A stretch of DNA of 64,000 nt, from positions 96-64,095 of the forward strand of contig DUZG01000004.1 in the NCBI GenBank assembly GCA_013349585.1, read 5' to 3'. The notes under the pieces are model-generated. The model saw nothing but the letters and a program-made list of their open reading frames with translations. It was not told where the DNA came from and searched no databases. Source of the DNA: Nitrospinota bacterium (GTDB lineage: Bacteria; Nitrospinota; Nitrospinia; Nitrospinales; VA-1). Position numbers and translations under genes: made by a program. Below, in pieces: positions 61,332 to 64,000 of the stretch (position 1 is the stretch's first letter; each line of letters starts with the position of its first letter).

Positions 61332-61860
61332 ATGAAGATGAAAGAACAGCGCGTGATAAAATATTTTTTCCTGACAGAAAATTTATTGTGTTCGTGGTGT
61401 CGCTTTTTTTAGCAACACTCACTCCCAATGCAATAGCATCTACGCAATTATTCACCCTGCTCATTTTGGTATGATTTTATTGGAGGCGGGTTGTTTTCAA
61501 ATGGGCAGAAAAGAATTTGTTTCTGAAGAACCTATTCACAATGTTTGCGTTTCTTCCTTTTATCTTGATAAGTTTAAAGTGACACAGGAAAACTTTGCGT
61601 CGGTCATGGGGTCTAATCCATTGACGCGTAAGGCCAATGATATTCCGGTGGTGGATGTGTCGTGGATCGAAGCAGAGCAATATGGCAGGGAAAAGGGAGG
61701 AAGGTTCCCCTCTGAGGCAGAGTGGAAATGTGCAAACCGCGCCGGGACGAGCAGTCCCTATTTTTGGGGTGAAGATATGGATGGCGATTTTGCATGGTTC
61801 CAGGAAAACTCTACACTTGGATTGAAGATGGAAAAGTCTGGGTGGATGAGGTTGGAATAG
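61332..61860 (+). pseudogene. formylglycine-generating-enzyme (SUMF1/FGE-sulfatase) domain protein, frameshifted and truncated
   Basis: The signal-peptide-like segment FIVFVVSLFLATLTPNAIAS is in a different frame from the FGE core (GCFQMGRKE...EPIHNVCVSSFYLDKFKVTQ...VVDVSWIEAEQY...FPSEAEWKCANRAG). The core stops about halfway, before any GNVWEW-type segment. Confidence 0.7.
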
Positions 61861-61895
61861 GGGAATGGGAAAAAGATAACCCGCAACCTTACTAA

Positions 61896-63026
61896 AGGGG
61901 TAATTATTTAGGTCTTTACGCGGATACAGAAGGAACTTCAAATGAACCACATGTCGCCTTTATTCAATCGCTGGCAAGAGATGGACTTGAAAAGACCGGG
62001 CATCAAGGGCTTGCATCGGCTATGGGGGTGCCAAGAGAAGAGTTCCCCTTATGGGATGATATCCAAATTATAACCGCGTAAATTTCAAAATTTCCGCATC
62101 CTGATGAAGTGGAAGTTGGTACAGAAACTATAATCGGACCTTCGGCTAAAAAGCCTTTGAAATTAAAAATTCCGATGTTCGTATCGGACATGAGTTTTGG
62201 AGCTCATTCGGAAGAGGCCAAGTTGTCTCTGGCGAAAGGAGCTGAATTAGCCGGGACCGGAATTTGTTCGGGTGAAGGGGGTATGCTTCCTGAAGAGCAG
62301 GAAGCAAACTCGCGATACTTTTATGAATTGGCCTCTGGACGCTTTGGATTCTCAATGGACAAGATAAAAAATGCCAGGCCTTTCATTTTAAAGGACGGCA
62401 GGGAGCCAAGACAGGCAGGGGAGGCCATTTGCCTGGAGATAAAGTGAGAGGGGAAATCGCAGAAGTTCGTAGGCTAAAAGAAGGCGAGCCTGCAATTTCA
62501 CCTGCACGTTTTCCTGATTGGGACGATGAAAGTCAGATAAAAGACTTTGCAGATCAGGTAAAAGAAGAAACAGGTGGAATTCCTATCGGATATAAACTTT
62601 CAGCCCAGCATATTGAAGCGGCTTTGCGTATTGGAGTGAACTATGTAATTCTGGATGGTCGATGTGCTGGAACAGGAGCGGCTCCTTTAATATTTAGAGA
62701 TCATATTTTGGTTCCCACCATTCCCGCCCTTGCTTGAAGCCAGAAGATATTTGGATCAAGTGGAGAGGAAGGATATTTCCCTGATTATTACGGGAGGTTT
62801 AAGAGTCCCCGCAGATTTTGTCAAGGCAATGGCTCTGGGGCTGGATGCGATTGCCACACAAAAAGAGCATCTGAGGAAAAAATTAATTGTAGATGAGTCG
62901 GCTGGAAGGCTGGAAAAGTTTTTTGGTGCATCGGTCGAGTTAATGAAAGTATTAAGCCGGGCCTGTAGTCACTCGCATTTCAACGAATTTGAATTGAGCG
63001 ACTTACAACGTGGAAAAAAGAAATGA
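61896..63026 (+). pseudogene. FMN-binding glutamate-synthase-domain-2-like protein, heavily disrupted
   Basis: Recognisable blocks lie in three frames: IIGPSAKKPLKLKIPMFVSDMSFGA..GEGGMLPEE..ASGRFGF, then GAKTGRGGHLPGDKVRGEIAEVR..ISPARFPD..ILDGR.AGTGAAP, then LIITGGLRVPADFVKAMALGLDAIA. Lesions are an in-frame TAA at 62079-62081, frameshifts near 62399 and 62725-62735, and loss of the Cys-rich segment before TQKEHLRKKL. Confidence 0.8.
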
Positions 63027-63072
63027 CAGATTTGGCAGGTATCCCTTTTGCTGGGGTGGGATCGGTTTGAGG

Positions 63073-63678
63073 TTATGAGTTGCATCCCTTGGTATTGAAA
63101 AAATCTCCACCCTTTAACTTTTCATCATCGGTGCCCCAATGAATGGTCTTGTCTTTTTTTTGTAATCGCGGGATATGTTTAGAGCAGTGTATATAAGCTT
63201 CTTTTACTTTCACCTTAATCCATAATTTAGTTTTGTACTGCCCGTCTTTTTCCGCTTCGGCTTTGTCCAAAGGGTTGACAAGTTTGCTCGCCTCATTTTC
63301 TGTTATTATCTCTGCTTTACCGTTTACGTGGAGCCCCATAGAGGATTGAAAGAAGTCGATAAACATCAATCCAATTTGAGGGTTTTCGGATATGTTTCCC
63401 AAGCTTGCCATGACACCATTCCCCTTAAATTCGGGAAACATCAGTGTTTTGTTATCCAGTACCTTTATAAAACTTTTGGGACCTGCCCGAAAGGATGCAT
63501 CGCATTCTCCTTTTAAATCAGCCGTTGAGAGAAATACCATTTCCTGAGCTTCGATAAATTCCTGCATTTCGCGATTTAATAAATCCAACACTTGCGAATT
63601 ATAAAAGGAGTTGGCGCTATTACTGGTGTTATGTTTTTTTTGTAGTTCTTGTTCGCCTTGTGATCCTGGATGATTCAT
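63073..63678 (-). CDS. pyridoxamine 5-prime-phosphate oxidase-family (FMN-binding split-barrel) protein
   Basis: 201 aa. QEMVFLSTADLKGECDASFRAGP...GNGVMASLGNISENPQIGLMFIDFF pattern. Confidence 0.75.
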   Translation of the reverse strand: MNHPGSQGEQELQKKHNTSNSANSFYNSQVLDLLNREMQEFIEAQEMVFLSTADLKGECDASFRAGPKSFIKVLDNKTLMFPEFKGNGVMASLGNISENPQIGLMFIDFFQSSMGLHVNGKAEIITENEASKLVNPLDKAEAEKDGQYKTKLWIKVKVKEAYIHCSKHIPRLQKKDKTIHWGTDDEKLKGGDFFNTKGCNS

Positions 63679-63687
63679 GGTCTTGAG

Positions 63688-63975
63688 TTAAAGGTTGGAG
63701 TTATGAGGCAGTGCTAAATTAAAATATTTCCCTCGCTCACCATAGACGAGTCCTTTTTCTTCCAGGAACCGAATTGCTTCTTCGGCAGATTCTTTTCCCT
63801 TACCATTTTGGCCCTTTAAATGTCCCTTGATCTGTTCTATGGTTTTTGGGGCTTCGTTGCAATATATAAATATCTTGGCTGCGGTTCCTTCCAATCGAAC
63901 TTGTGTGGACTGTAAAGATCTATCATCGTAGACTTTCACAAAGTCCATAGACTTTGTGAATATCATGAAAGGCAA
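63688..63975 (-). CDS. PqqD-like / winged-helix C-terminal segment; frame stays open to the window edge
   Basis: LEGTAAKIFIYCNEAPKTIEQIKGHL...SAEEAIRFLEEKGLVYGE resembles PqqD-type peptide-binding domains. There is no stop between 63975 and 64000 in this frame, so the protein may be longer. Confidence 0.4.
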   Translation of the reverse strand: MPFMIFTKSMDFVKVYDDRSLQSTQVRLEGTAAKIFIYCNEAPKTIEQIKGHLKGQNGKGKESAEEAIRFLEEKGLVYGERGKYFNLALPHNSNL

Positions 63976-64000
63976 TTGTTCGGACTGATGCCGTCTTTTC

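Noticed and set aside
55700-63030. In-frame TAA/TAG codons as evidence for stop-codon reassignment or programmed read-through
   Set aside because: Dozens of intact core genes in the same window terminate at TAA or TAG at the expected protein ends, for example rpmG, rpmJ, rplK and tuf. The affected genes also carry frameshifts and deletions. Ordinary pseudogenisation explains the data better.

Overview
Bacterial chromosomal window, AT-leaning by eye, with Gram-negative-type LPS heptosyltransferase and MurA. It is dominated by the conserved transcription/translation supercluster. A tRNA block (Thr-Tyr-Gly-Thr), rpmG, tRNA-Trp and secE-nusG-rplK-rplA-rplJ-rplL-rpoB-rpoC occupy 7.5-19.9 kb. An uninterrupted str/S10/spc/alpha array from rpsL to rplQ follows on the + strand (20.0-39.0 kb). 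After it come rho, rpmE-prfA-prmC-murA, envelope glycosyltransferases, an HDAC-family gene, queG, hemE-hemH, uvrD/pcrA and hflX. The left flank (0-7.3 kb) carries thiD-tenA, a TIR-like/TPR protein, TPR and Sel1 proteins and a decayed TetR gene. The right flank (55.7-64 kb) is a low-density accessory region in which most recognisable genes are broken by in-frame stops, frameshifts or deletions: cNMP-binding, TPR-like, pentapeptide-repeat, FGE/SUMF1-like and GltS-like FMN protein. I found no CRISPR array, rRNA, transposase, integrase or phage genes, and no convincing new multi-gene system. The observations most worth a second look are: (i) lesions concentrated in accessory genes beside a fully intact core; (ii) a four-Cys insertion near the N-terminus of RpoB; (iii) loss of the conserved HIDRGYE motif, including the Arg397 equivalent, in an otherwise intact MurA; (iv) a TIR-like/TPR protein tightly linked to thiD-tenA; (v) an intrinsic terminator directly upstream of a Sel1 gene after about 500 nt of apparently non-coding DNA. 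All family calls come from motif recognition by eye; no database search was run.
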